NCBI GenBank assembly: GCA_024763295.1
Contig: JANTFU010000001.1
Span: 1 to 30,472 of the forward strand
DNA from: Anaerolineales bacterium
Lineage (GTDB): Bacteria > Chloroflexota > Anaerolineae > Anaerolineales > Villigracilaceae
Length of the DNA: 30,472 nucleotides
Direction: 5' to 3'
The notes below the pieces were generated by a model that was not told where the DNA came from, ran no database searches, and was given only the letters and a program-made list of their open reading frames with translations. Positions 7,974 through 16,460 of the stretch are shown here, in pieces (the stretch's first letter is position 1; every line of letters starts with the position of its first letter). A program made the translations under genes and the position numbers.

Positions 7974-8957
7974 ATGTCAAATTATCTCATCACCGGCGCG
8001 GCGGGCTTCATTGGGGCGCGCCTAAGCGAAATGCTGATCGAAGCCGGGCATACCGTCATCGGGCTGGACAATCTCAACGATGCCTACGATGTGCGCATCA
8101 AGGAATTTCGGCTGAAATCGCTGCTGCCCTTGGATGCTTTCTCTTTCCACAAAATCGACATTGCCGATTGGGAAGCGGTGCAAAAGATGGCGGATGCCAG
8201 CCCGCAAATCGACGCGGTGATTAATCTCGCCGCGCGGGCGGGCGTGCGTGCCAGTACCAGTGTGCCCTTCCAAATGCTCTCGTCGAATACCAACGGCGCG
8301 CTTGCCATGCTGGAGTTATGCCGCCATTACAACGTGCCAAAATTTATTCAGGCGTCCACATCCAGCATTTATGGCGCAAACCCACCCTACCCCACGCCCG
8401 AAACGGCGAATAGCGACTATCCCCTGCAAGCCTACGCCGCCAGTAAAAAAGGCGCGGAAGCCCTCGCCCACGCCTATCATCATCTTTTTGATTTGGATGT
8501 CAGCATTTTACGCTTTTTCACCGTCTACGGACCCGCCGGTCGCCCCGATTTAGCGATGTTCCGCTTTGTGCAGTGGATTAAAGAGGGACGCCCGCTGCAC
8601 TTAAACGGAGACGGCGAACAGTCGCGCGGATTCACCTACATCGACGACATCGTGCGCGGGATCATGCTTGCCCTCAAGCCGGTCGGCTACGAGATCATTA
8701 ATCTCGGTGGACACGAGGTCATCACCATCAACGACCTGATCGCCCTGACCGAGGAGTTGGTCGGCGGCAAAGCAGAAATTGTGCGCCACCCCGCGCATCC
8801 CGCCGATATGCGCCGCAACCAAGCCGACGTGAGCAAAGCCCGCGAACTGCTTGGCTGGGAGCCAAAAGTCGGCTTACGCGAAGGGATGCAAAATCTCGTC
8901 GATTGGTATTTACAAGAACGTGAATGGGCGAAGGAGATTGATACGGGGGGACTTTAA
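7974..8957 (+). CDS. NAD-dependent epimerase/dehydratase (UDP-glucuronate 4-epimerase-like)
   Basis: TGAAGFIG, NLAARAGVR, YAASKK, RFFTVYGPAGRPDLA, RGFTYIDD. Confidence 0.93.
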   Translation: MSNYLITGAAGFIGARLSEMLIEAGHTVIGLDNLNDAYDVRIKEFRLKSLLPLDAFSFHKIDIADWEAVQKMADASPQIDAVINLAARAGVRASTSVPFQMLSSNTNGALAMLELCRHYNVPKFIQASTSSIYGANPPYPTPETANSDYPLQAYAASKKGAEALAHAYHHLFDLDVSILRFFTVYGPAGRPDLAMFRFVQWIKEGRPLHLNGDGEQSRGFTYIDDIVRGIMLALKPVGYEIINLGGHEVITINDLIALTEELVGGKAEIVRHPAHPADMRRNQADVSKARELLGWEPKVGLREGMQNLVDWYLQEREWAKEIDTGGL

Positions 8958-8960
8958 CGG

Positions 8961-9033
8961 CATTCAGTATTCAGTATTCTATGGTCAGTATTCAGTAAGA
9001 AGTGACCACTGAATACTGACCACTGCCAACTGC
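8961..9033. repeat. CAGTATT heptamer repeats arranged as a hairpin between convergent genes
   Basis: Tandem CAGTATT units; perfect 14-bp stem GGTCAGTATTCAGT (8983-8996) / ACTGAATACTGACC (9008-9021). Confidence 0.85.
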
Positions 9034-9363
9034 TTACCGATTATCCCCATCGCCATGAATTTTGCCGCGTTCGAGACGCGAGTAGAGTTTATCGAGATTG
9101 TATTCGGCAATTTCATCGAGCGTTAGACCAAGCTCGGTGGCGACCTGCGCTAAGTACCAGAGCACGTCGCCGAGTTCTGCTTTTAACGCGGATTTGGTCT
9201 CGGCGTTAATTTCGCCCTCTTTATCGCGGAAGACTTTTTTAATCTTCCCGGCAAATTCTCCGGCTTCGTTGGTCAGTCCGAGCGTCGGGTAGACAACGGG
9301 ATGCCCAATGGCGGGATATTGGGCGGTTTTACGCGCTTTTTGTTGATAGTCGTTGAAGTTCAT
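9034..9363 (-). CDS. Single-domain MazG-like NTP pyrophosphohydrolase (all-alpha NTP-PPase)
   Basis: LGLTNEAGEF and ELGDVLWY metal-binding motifs; N-terminal MNFNDYQ and C-terminal GDGDNR resemble short phage-type MazG proteins. Confidence 0.9.
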   Translation of the reverse strand: MNFNDYQQKARKTAQYPAIGHPVVYPTLGLTNEAGEFAGKIKKVFRDKEGEINAETKSALKAELGDVLWYLAQVATELGLTLDEIAEYNLDKLYSRLERGKIHGDGDNR

Positions 9364-9554
9364 GGGGTCCTTTGGGAATTGGGAATTGGAAATTGTGAGT
9401 GGAATGCGTTTAAGGCTTGGGCGATTCTTTTTGCACGAAGTTCGGCATCTTCAACATCGTCATAATTTTGACAAACACAAATCTCTCTTTTTTCGAGTTG
9501 GTCGATAACAACAAAAGTTGGAGAGTCAAATTGATATATTGTGTATCTATCCAT
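9360..9554 (-). CDS. Hypothetical 64-aa protein
   Basis: The ATG directly follows the nuclease TAG and the TGA overlaps the MazG ATG (ATGA). The tail SQFPIPNSQ is encoded by an AATTCCC heptamer repeat. Confidence 0.65.
   Translation of the reverse strand: MDRYTIYQFDSPTFVVIDQLEKREICVCQNYDDVEDAELRAKRIAQALNAFHSQFPIPNSQRTP
9372..9395. repeat. GGGAATT heptamer tandem repeat
   Basis: TTGGGAATTGGGAATTGGAAATTG. Confidence 0.75.
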
Positions 9555-10280
9555 CTACAATAGTGCTTTCTCTGCTAAAACGACTTCTGACATTTTTGTG
9601 TGCAAATTAGCGATGTTGTCATAATCTACAAATTTCACAAAAGACTTAATCGGTGAAAAAGCCGCCAAAGAGATTTTATCTTCAAATTCTGCTTTTCTAT
9701 GAATATCAGCAACGATAAAAAACTCTGCACGAAAATCTTGTAGCTCAACAAATTTAAGTAATGAACGGTGAATATCGGTCGAATGTTCAATTTCAAAAAA
9801 CGACGCAGCAAAATGTCTTTCATTAAACCAAGTCACATCAATCGTAACGGCTTGGCGTAACACTTCGGGGTAAGTGAACTGATAAAACTTGCTCAACGTG
9901 GCAACGTCTTTTAGTGTTTTTTGAGCATAAGGGCGATTTTTATCTTGCGCAGGGACAAAGGTCTCATAGCCCTTCAAATTGCCAATTTCGGTGATCAATC
10001 CTTGATAGAAAGAGTGTGTGTACTCTCTCGCTTTTGGCTCTGATGCTTCTTCTGAGAAAATTGCCATCACTTTTTCCCGTTCAGCTTCCAAAGCCCATAA
10101 GCCCGGGCGAATTTTGAAAATCTCATCACGAAGTTGAACGATACGCCGAATGCTGGCAAAAGGCGTTTTGGTTTTCCATTCACAATCGGGAATTTTCAAA
10201 GCGTCCTGATAGAGTTGTCCAAGCGTGGCATAGCCGCCGTTTTGTTTTAAGGCTTCGATTACTGCTTCGTATTGCTTCAT
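9555..10280 (-). CDS. Putative restriction endonuclease-like protein: N-terminal winged HTH (HARE-HTH-like) plus PD-(D/E)xK-like domain
   Basis: The N-terminus (YEAVIEAL..NGG.ATL.QLY, WKTKTPFASIRRIVQ, FKIRPGLWAL) looks like a winged HTH. The C-terminus has H...Q, IDVTWF and FEIEHST. Start reassigned to 10280 behind GGAGG. Recognised by pattern only. Confidence 0.65.
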   Translation of the reverse strand: MKQYEAVIEALKQNGGYATLGQLYQDALKIPDCEWKTKTPFASIRRIVQLRDEIFKIRPGLWALEAEREKVMAIFSEEASEPKAREYTHSFYQGLITEIGNLKGYETFVPAQDKNRPYAQKTLKDVATLSKFYQFTYPEVLRQAVTIDVTWFNERHFAASFFEIEHSTDIHRSLLKFVELQDFRAEFFIVADIHRKAEFEDKISLAAFSPIKSFVKFVDYDNIANLHTKMSEVVLAEKALL

Positions 10281-10373
10281 GTTCCTCCAGCCAAAATTCA
10301 CCTTTCCACATAGCTCCATGTATTCTAACATCCACCCAACAATCATCACAGATTTAGAGAAAGCCGTTTGAGA

Positions 10374-10655
10374 TTAAAAAATTGGAACGCTAACGATAAT
10401 ATAGTCTTGACTATGATTCAAGCTCTCTCGATAGGCTTGAGCATGTTTTTTTCGTACAAATGCTTTAATAGGTGCTTGTTTCTCACCATCCTTAGCCAAA
10501 ACAACCCAAACGCTTGAAAAATACTCGATATTATCCATTGCATTTTCCACTTCTTTTTTAAGAGTAATGCTATATGAGCCATCAATAGAAACCGTTTCCA
10601 TGAGCACATCCATACCTTTGGAAGGAACTCTAACAAAATCATAATCTTCATCCAT
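10374..10655 (-). CDS. Hypothetical 93-aa protein (AT-rich)
   Basis: Open frame with GGAGG RBS before ATG 10655; same strand and base composition as the nuclease gene. Confidence 0.65.
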   Translation of the reverse strand: MDEDYDFVRVPSKGMDVLMETVSIDGSYSITLKKEVENAMDNIEYFSSVWVVLAKDGEKQAPIKAFVRKKHAQAYRESLNHSQDYIIVSVPIF

Positions 10656-10688
10656 ACAAGCCTCCAAGTAGGTCTTGTATTAAAACAA

Positions 10689-10719
10689 AATGACACTCAA
10701 ATCACCACCTGATTCGAGT
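10689..10719. repeat. Stem-loop upstream of the AT-rich cassette
   Basis: ATGACACTC-AAATCA-CCACC-TGATTC-GAGTGTCAT. Confidence 0.6.
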
Positions 10720-10754
10720 GTCATTCGTCGCATTCGCGCCATTCGTGTTAAAAG

Positions 10755-10807
10755 AAAAAAGCCGAGCGTCTCAAAAGACCTCGGCTTTCAACTTTTCAAC
10801 CTGCAAC
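10755..10807. repeat. Composite repeat (AAAGCCGAG hairpin plus heptamer tail), copy 1
   Basis: About 53 bp nearly identical to 22474-22527. Confidence 0.85.
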
Positions 10808-10871
10808 ATCAAAGCGAACCGCGAAGCACCGCCATCTCGCAAATGGACACCCTTTAAACCCTTTCCGAGAG

Positions 10872-10880
10872 TGATATAAT
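10872..10880 (+). promoter_or_regulatory. Extended -10 promoter element for lgt
   Basis: TG-A-TATAAT, 27 nt before the ATG, with a GAGG RBS in between. Confidence 0.6.
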
Positions 10881-10907
10881 CGCCACATTCTGTTCAAAGA
10901 GGTAAAT

Positions 10908-11858
10908 ATGATCGATCCGATAATCTTCTCATTCACCATTGGCGGCGTAGAATTTGCGCTGCGCTGGTATGGCGTACTCGTCATGAGCGGCGCCCTCGTT
11001 GGCGCCTGGTATGCGGCACAAGAACTAAAACGACAAGGGGAAGACGAAGAACATCTCTGGGACGCCATCGTCATCCTGCTGCCGGTCGGCATTTTGGGCG
11101 CACGCCTCTGGTACGTAGCGAACGCGACCCTCGGAGGGTCAACGTACTACACACAAAATCCCGCTCAAATACTGAATATCCCCCAAGGCGGACTTCATTT
11201 CTACGGCGGACTCCTATTTGGATTACTCGCCCTCATTTGGTACGCCCGACGTCACCAACTCGATATGTGGTTGCTGCTCGACGCCCTCGCCCCCGCCACC
11301 CTGCTCGGACAAGCCGTGGCGCGCCCCGCAAACTTCATCAACCAAGAGCTTTACGGGCAACCCACCACGCTCCCCTGGGGCATCTCCATTGACGCCAGTC
11401 ATCGCATTGCCCCCTACAATAATTTAAGCCTATATCCCGAAAGCACTCGCTTTCATCCCGCCTTTGCTTACGAAATGGTCTGGAACTTCCTCGCGGTCGC
11501 TTTCATTTACTGGTTTGTGCGCAAATTCCCCGAAAAAGCAAAACCCGGCACAGCGCTGGCACTCTGGCTCATCCTTGCCGGTGTCGGGCGCTTCATCATC
11601 GAAGCCTTCCGCCCCGACCAGCCGCGCATCCCCGGCACCGACATCAGCTTTACGCGCGTCGTCGCCGCAGCGATGGCAGTCATCGGCTTAATCATGTACC
11701 TCGTGCGCAATCAAACAATCAAACTCGCCTTCGCACAAAACTGGGAAGCAGAATACAAAATCGCCCCGCCGCGCGCAGAACGCGAAGCAGAAAAGAAAGT
11801 CAGCGTGCAAGCAAAGCGCCGTCAACGCAAAGCACGCACGAAATCAAAAGAAAAATAG
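10908..11858 (+). CDS. lgt: Prolipoprotein diacylglyceryl transferase
   Basis: LRWYG, GILGARLWYV, GGLHFYGG, GQAVARPANFINQELYG, FHPAFAYE, RFIIEAFR. Confidence 0.96.
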   Translation: MIDPIIFSFTIGGVEFALRWYGVLVMSGALVGAWYAAQELKRQGEDEEHLWDAIVILLPVGILGARLWYVANATLGGSTYYTQNPAQILNIPQGGLHFYGGLLFGLLALIWYARRHQLDMWLLLDALAPATLLGQAVARPANFINQELYGQPTTLPWGISIDASHRIAPYNNLSLYPESTRFHPAFAYEMVWNFLAVAFIYWFVRKFPEKAKPGTALALWLILAGVGRFIIEAFRPDQPRIPGTDISFTRVVAAAMAVIGLIMYLVRNQTIKLAFAQNWEAEYKIAPPRAEREAEKKVSVQAKRRQRKARTKSKEK

Positions 11859-11864
11859 AAACCC

Positions 11865-11892
11865 AAAGCCCGCATTTTTGGCGGGCTTTTTT
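11865..11892 (+). terminator. Intrinsic terminator after lgt
   Basis: AAAGCCCGC-ATTTTTG-GCGGGCTTT followed by Ts. Confidence 0.85.
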
Positions 11893-11893
11893 G

Positions 11894-12185
11894 CTAGTTC
11901 TCTGTTGTTGGTAACACGGTGCTTAACCGTGCAGAAGTAGAAACGCTGAGAAAAAAACGCAAATCTTCGCCAATCTGCGCGAAAACACTCTTTTTAAGAA
12001 CAAGAATTAGCGAAAATTCGTGAAGATTAGCAATTAAAAATCCCATCACGGTTAAGGTACGTTATACCAAAACAAGGATGCTTAACACAAAGGTCACAAA
12101 GGGTCTCTACGAAAAAACAAAAAAGCTTTTCCCTTCGTGTTTCTTTGTGTTTAAATCTTTTTGGTTTCGGCTTATCCGAGTTAGG
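11894..12185. repeat. Cluster of palindromic repeats
   Basis: CTAGTTCT...AGAAGTAG (11894-11940, same ends as MITE A); GATTAGCG-family hairpin (about 11960-12031); AACACAAAGG...CTTTGTGTT hairpin (12084-12152); GGTTTCGGCTTATCCGAGTTAGG (12163-12185). Confidence 0.65.
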
Positions 12186-12284
12186 ATAGATACGAATTTG
12201 ACTGTAAGAATCTCGCTCCGCCCGAAAGATGATAAAATTTTAATGCACATCCACTATCAACCGCAATTTCGGATAAGACAATAT

Positions 12285-12398
12285 TAGACCTCTTGCATAA
12301 GTGCTCTAGCCGCCGTTCCCTGCGGCAATATTTGTGAGAAACCCGCGCCGAGAACGGCACTGGGAGCAGGAGAAAAATAGACTTTTGCAAGAAGTCTA
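12285..12398. mobile_element. MITE-like element with 18-bp TIR
   Basis: TAGACCTCTTGCATAAGT versus the reverse complement of ACTTTTGCAAGAAGTCTA (2 mismatches); 114 bp, non-coding. Confidence 0.7.
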
Positions 12399-12538
12399 TT
12401 GAAACAATCCCCTGAAAACAGCCACAGATTGCGCCGATTTTCAGGGATTCTGAACACATTTTTCTGTGAAATCTGCGGCGAAAAAACAACTCGCTGGACG
12501 TATCCGAAACGCAGGTTATCAAAAAACAGGCACAGCGT

Positions 12539-14677
12539 ATGGACGAAACGATCAAAAGACCCAAAGCCCCAAAAAAAATTGGACAATACGAAATCAAGTC
12601 AGAGCTTGGTCGCGGCGGCATGGCGACCGTTTATCTCGGCTACGATGCGCGTTTTGAGCGCGATGTCGCAGTAAAAGTGTTGCCTGCCGAATTTTTGCAC
12701 GATCCGCAATTTAGCGTACGCTTTCATCGCGAAGCCAAAATAGTCGCCAAACTTGAGCATCCCGCAATTGTGCCGGTCTACGATGTTGGCGAGCAGGACG
12801 GCTTGCCCTACTTCGTTATGCGCTATATGGACGGCGGCTCTCTCGACGACAAACTCGATGGCGGCAGCCTAAGCCTGCAAGAAACCGCCCGCATCATCAA
12901 CATCCTTGCGCCCGCCCTCGACCATGCTCACGAAAAAGGCATCATCCACCGCGATCTAAAACCCGGCAACATCCTCTTCGATGGCGATGGGCAGCCCTAC
13001 CTCTCCGATTTTGGCATCGCCAAAAGCAACGACGCCCAAACCAACGTCACCGGCAGTGCCATCATCGGCACACCTGCCTACATGAGTCCCGAACAAGCGC
13101 AGGGCATGGAAATTGACCGCCGCAGCGACCTTTACACACTCGGCGCAATCATCTACCGCATGCTCTCCGGCACACGCCCCTACGTTGGCGAGACGCCGAT
13201 GAGCATGGCAATCAAACACATCACCGAACCGCCGCCCGATATTCTACAAGAAAACGCCAGCTTGCCCCTCTCTGCCAGCAATTTCATTTACCGCGCCATG
13301 GCAAAAGACCCTGAAGAGCGTTTTCAAACCGCGCAAGAACTCGCCGAAGCGTTGAATTTTGTCGCACAAGACGCAGTCAGTAACGCCGACTCGCCCAAAA
13401 CCCTTTTAAGCCGCACTCACATCACAAAACGCAAACCGCCAACGCGCCCCGGCACATTGCCTGCGCGACAAACAAAAAAAGGGAAAGGAAAAGGCTGGAT
13501 TATCGGCGTCGTGATCGGGATTCTGCTTCTCGGCGGGGTGGGCGTCCTCAGCATGTTCCGTTCCCCGGCATCCAGCCCGGAACCGACTCCCAGCCAAATG
13601 GTCGAGGTCGTTCCGCAGCCCACTGCCACGGAACTTGCTACCGAACCCGTCCCATCCCCCACTGCGGACGTGGCGCCCAGCAACACGCCATCCCCAACCG
13701 AAACGCCCGAACCTGTCGGCGCGCCCGTGCTTGGCGGTGCAGACAAGATTGCCTTCATCAACAGCGGCAATGTCTGGATGATGGACGTAGACGGCAACAA
13801 TCTGGAGCAACTAACCACCGACGGCACACAAAAATCAAACCTGCAATGGCTCGCAGACGGCAAAACCCTGACGTATATTGCCGGAACTTGCGTCTGGAGC
13901 ATTGACGTGCCGAACGGAGTAGTGGATATTGTGGCGTGTTACAACTCAGCCGAATATGTGGAGGGCTTTAGCGTTTCGCCCGACATGCAGCATGTGGCAT
14001 TAAGTGTGAACCGCGAAATGTATGTTTTGCCCTATGATCTGGATGTACTCAAAAACGCCACGACACGCGGCGAACTTTTCTCGCTTTCGGGCTGTTATGT
14101 CAACGATTTGGGCGTGAAAGATGCGCTTTGGTCAAAGGACGGCACGCAATTGGCGCTCAAGTTTTTGGGCGTGAGCGGAAATACGCGCGTGGATATGGTG
14201 CGCGTGGTCGATGTGAAAAAATGTATGACGGCAAATCAAGTCATCGCTGAAATCACCCCCATGCCGGGCGATTTCGGGCGTATTGACGAATTTCCTGGCG
14301 CACGCTTTAACATTAGCGGCTCGGAAATTGTCAGCTACGACTGGAACGGCAGCGATCTCTTTGTGCTCAATACCAACAAACGCAACGGCGGCTTTGGAAA
14401 TCTCCACCGCTATAATATCGTCAGCCACAAGGCAGAAAATTTAATCCCCATCGATAATGCCTGCTGCTATCGCGATGCCCGTTTTAGCCCGGATGGTACC
14501 TACATCGCTTTTGCCTTTCAAGACATGCGGCTGGGTGCCGATGCCAAAATTGAATTCTATTATGTGCTCTACGGCACACTCGGTACAGGCGCAACGTATG
14601 AGCCGCTACCTTTGCCGGAAGGTTTCTTGACCGATGCGCGTGAAGCGCCCCAATTTGCCCTAAGACCGGCGAAATAA
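12539..14677 (+). CDS. Hanks-type Ser/Thr protein kinase with one TM helix, Thr/Pro linker and extracellular TolB/PD40-like beta-propeller
   Basis: LGRGGMATVY, VAVK, HRDLKPGNIL, DFGIA, GTPAYMSPE; TM IIGVVIGILLLGGVGVLSM; W.ADG/SPD/FSPDG repeats. Confidence 0.93.
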   Translation: MDETIKRPKAPKKIGQYEIKSELGRGGMATVYLGYDARFERDVAVKVLPAEFLHDPQFSVRFHREAKIVAKLEHPAIVPVYDVGEQDGLPYFVMRYMDGGSLDDKLDGGSLSLQETARIINILAPALDHAHEKGIIHRDLKPGNILFDGDGQPYLSDFGIAKSNDAQTNVTGSAIIGTPAYMSPEQAQGMEIDRRSDLYTLGAIIYRMLSGTRPYVGETPMSMAIKHITEPPPDILQENASLPLSASNFIYRAMAKDPEERFQTAQELAEALNFVAQDAVSNADSPKTLLSRTHITKRKPPTRPGTLPARQTKKGKGKGWIIGVVIGILLLGGVGVLSMFRSPASSPEPTPSQMVEVVPQPTATELATEPVPSPTADVAPSNTPSPTETPEPVGAPVLGGADKIAFINSGNVWMMDVDGNNLEQLTTDGTQKSNLQWLADGKTLTYIAGTCVWSIDVPNGVVDIVACYNSAEYVEGFSVSPDMQHVALSVNREMYVLPYDLDVLKNATTRGELFSLSGCYVNDLGVKDALWSKDGTQLALKFLGVSGNTRVDMVRVVDVKKCMTANQVIAEITPMPGDFGRIDEFPGARFNISGSEIVSYDWNGSDLFVLNTNKRNGGFGNLHRYNIVSHKAENLIPIDNACCYRDARFSPDGTYIAFAFQDMRLGADAKIEFYYVLYGTLGTGATYEPLPLPEGFLTDAREAPQFALRPAK

Positions 14678-14684
14678 GGAAAAC

Positions 14685-14719
14685 AAAAAGGCTGGCGAGA
14701 AAATCTCGCCAGCCTTTTT
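14685..14719. terminator. Bidirectional intrinsic terminator
   Basis: AAAAAGGCTGGCGAGA-AAA-TCTCGCCAGCCTTTTT between convergent genes. Confidence 0.9.
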
Positions 14720-14739
14720 GTTCTTTTATGCTTATCTAT

Positions 14740-16140
14740 TTATTCAGCTTTGCCAATTTCGATATAGTAAGTCCCGTCTGAAATTTGGAAGCCGCCGACT
14801 TCAGAATTATTGGCAGTGTTACTACAACCAACCAAGGTCAAATTACCGCGGGATCCTGTCCAGATGGCGATGAAAGTATCAAAGTCGGAGCCAGACGTAT
14901 CAATGGCAATGGCAGAATTTCCACCGCTGTGTGTGTAAGTGTACCAAACGCTCCCTATACCTTTCGTTACACCACAGTCATTAATTTCAGGGTCATCGTA
15001 AGCGGTGCTGGCGCCGCGTGTTTCAGCACTGTTAACATTGAAAGGCAGAGAACTAATTGACTGGGCAGAAGTAATCTCATCATTTGACGGGGCAGAATAG
15101 GGCGCATCGGCAATATGAACAATGCTAACAGCAGCCAGCTTCATCCCAGCGTAAGTGCTAGTCGCACTCCATTCCATACTATGGTTTGGTGTGTTATTCC
15201 AAGTGTCGTTTAGGTAAATAACGGGTGGATTCACACTGTCGTTATAGCCGGTACCGACAATAGTATGCCCCTCGAGATGTACCATCACGGGATGCCCTGA
15301 GTCAATCTCAGCTTTAAAGTCAGCAAAGGAAAAGCCGCCGCTTACTTGGGTATCGGTTAGTTGATAGAAACAATCCGAAACGGTATAGCCTCTGGATTCA
15401 TAAAAATCTTTGAAACCCACTGTCCCGTCAGACAACCCAAAAGATTCGATATAGCTACAATATAACTTGGTGTTATTGTTATTGTAATAAAATGAAGTAG
15501 CCCCATCGCTATTTTCATATCCATGATCCCACTGGTTCGTATGCATAAAATCACCGGTGGTGTATTCATAGGAGTGTTCTGCCCAGTTGCCATACCACGG
15601 GTCGTGCGGACCACCGGTATCGTAACTCACCCAGTAATCATCCACACCGCCTTTGGTCATGCGTCCATCCATGCCCTCGTGGGATGCGCTCAACGGGTTT
15701 TTTGCTATCGAATCACCTGCTGTATCTACATAATAGCCCCAGTTGCTGGTCATGGGATATATCCCGTCATCTGTGGGACCGACATACATATTAGCATAAC
15801 CATTGCGGTCATAATAACCGGCAATCATCGCGGCTGAAGTTGCCGAACAGCCAAAAGACCACTCCGAGGTAGGCACATTAAGCTGCGTCGTTGCAGCGGC
15901 TTGTACTCCTCCTGATGAATTTTCAGTACCAAGCAAAGTGGGGCGCTGCGGTGGACCACCGATAACCATTTTATGAAGTGTAACGCCATTGGCTGTTAGT
16001 TCCTCTTCAACATGGAAATACTCATTTTCTTCAAATCTCGGTGGATCGCCCTCTTGTGCTGCCGCCCAGTTGGTACGATAAAAAAATGCCACGCCCAAAA
16101 TGATGCTTACAAATAGGTAAATCTGCCATTTTACTTTCAT
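14740..16140 (-). CDS. Secreted papain-like cysteine peptidase (C39-like/C10-like) with C-terminal PPC-like domain
   Basis: Signal peptide ending AAA-Q; GCSATSAAM (Cys), GHPVMVHLEGHTIVGTGY (His), YLNDTW; C-terminal SVWYTY...IDTSGSDFDT...GTYYIEI; AAGGAGG RBS. Confidence 0.7.
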   Translation of the reverse strand: MKVKWQIYLFVSIILGVAFFYRTNWAAAQEGDPPRFEENEYFHVEEELTANGVTLHKMVIGGPPQRPTLLGTENSSGGVQAAATTQLNVPTSEWSFGCSATSAAMIAGYYDRNGYANMYVGPTDDGIYPMTSNWGYYVDTAGDSIAKNPLSASHEGMDGRMTKGGVDDYWVSYDTGGPHDPWYGNWAEHSYEYTTGDFMHTNQWDHGYENSDGATSFYYNNNNTKLYCSYIESFGLSDGTVGFKDFYESRGYTVSDCFYQLTDTQVSGGFSFADFKAEIDSGHPVMVHLEGHTIVGTGYNDSVNPPVIYLNDTWNNTPNHSMEWSATSTYAGMKLAAVSIVHIADAPYSAPSNDEITSAQSISSLPFNVNSAETRGASTAYDDPEINDCGVTKGIGSVWYTYTHSGGNSAIAIDTSGSDFDTFIAIWTGSRGNLTLVGCSNTANNSEVGGFQISDGTYYIEIGKAE

Positions 16141-16169
16141 AAAGCCTCCTTAGGTTAATCACTAACCCC

Positions 16170-16197
16170 ATTATACGAGGTTTATAGGGATTGACAA
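16170..16197 (-). promoter_or_regulatory. Sigma70-type promoter for the peptidase gene
   Basis: Minus strand TTGTCA, 16-bp spacer, TATAAT. Confidence 0.6.
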
Positions 16198-16272
16198 TAA
16201 CAAATTTAAAAAGAAAACATCCGAAAGACCCTTGGCGAGACATTTCAGCGTGAGTAGAACGCAACAATATTT

Positions 16273-16400
16273 GTAACGACCTACGGCATTGCAAACCCAA
16301 CGCCTTTCGGGGCAAAGCAATCCCCTAACAGCGCGGGAAATCGCTTCGCAGCCCCAGCCAGCCGCCCACGATGACGTAAAGCATGTGGGGAGGCAGTTAC
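16273..16400. mobile_element. Second, diverged copy of MITE B (opposite orientation)
   Basis: GTAACGACCTAC...GGAGGCAGTTAC ends. The interior aligns with the reverse complement of 4842-4981 (GAAGCAATCCCCT, CGCTTCGCA, CCCAGCCAGCCGC). No target duplication is visible. Confidence 0.85.
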
Positions 16401-16460
16401 GATGGAACTAAAAAAGCACCTATCTGCGGACAAATGCTCTGAATATGTCTAATGATCAAC

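Noticed and set aside
9034-10655. Prophage remnant, because of the phage-type MazG
   Set aside because: There are no structural, integrase or replication genes and no att-like direct repeats.
9034-10800. Integron cassette array (small co-oriented AT-rich ORFs)
   Set aside because: No paired RYYYAAC/GTTRRRY attC boxes were found between the genes, three genes are directly coupled, and there is no integrase in the window.
12078-12674. ORFs 12078-12287, 12181-12621, 12284-12586, 12399-12674, 12466-12657
   Set aside because: They run through repeat clusters or overlap the kinase gene out of frame, with no RBS or recognisable motifs.
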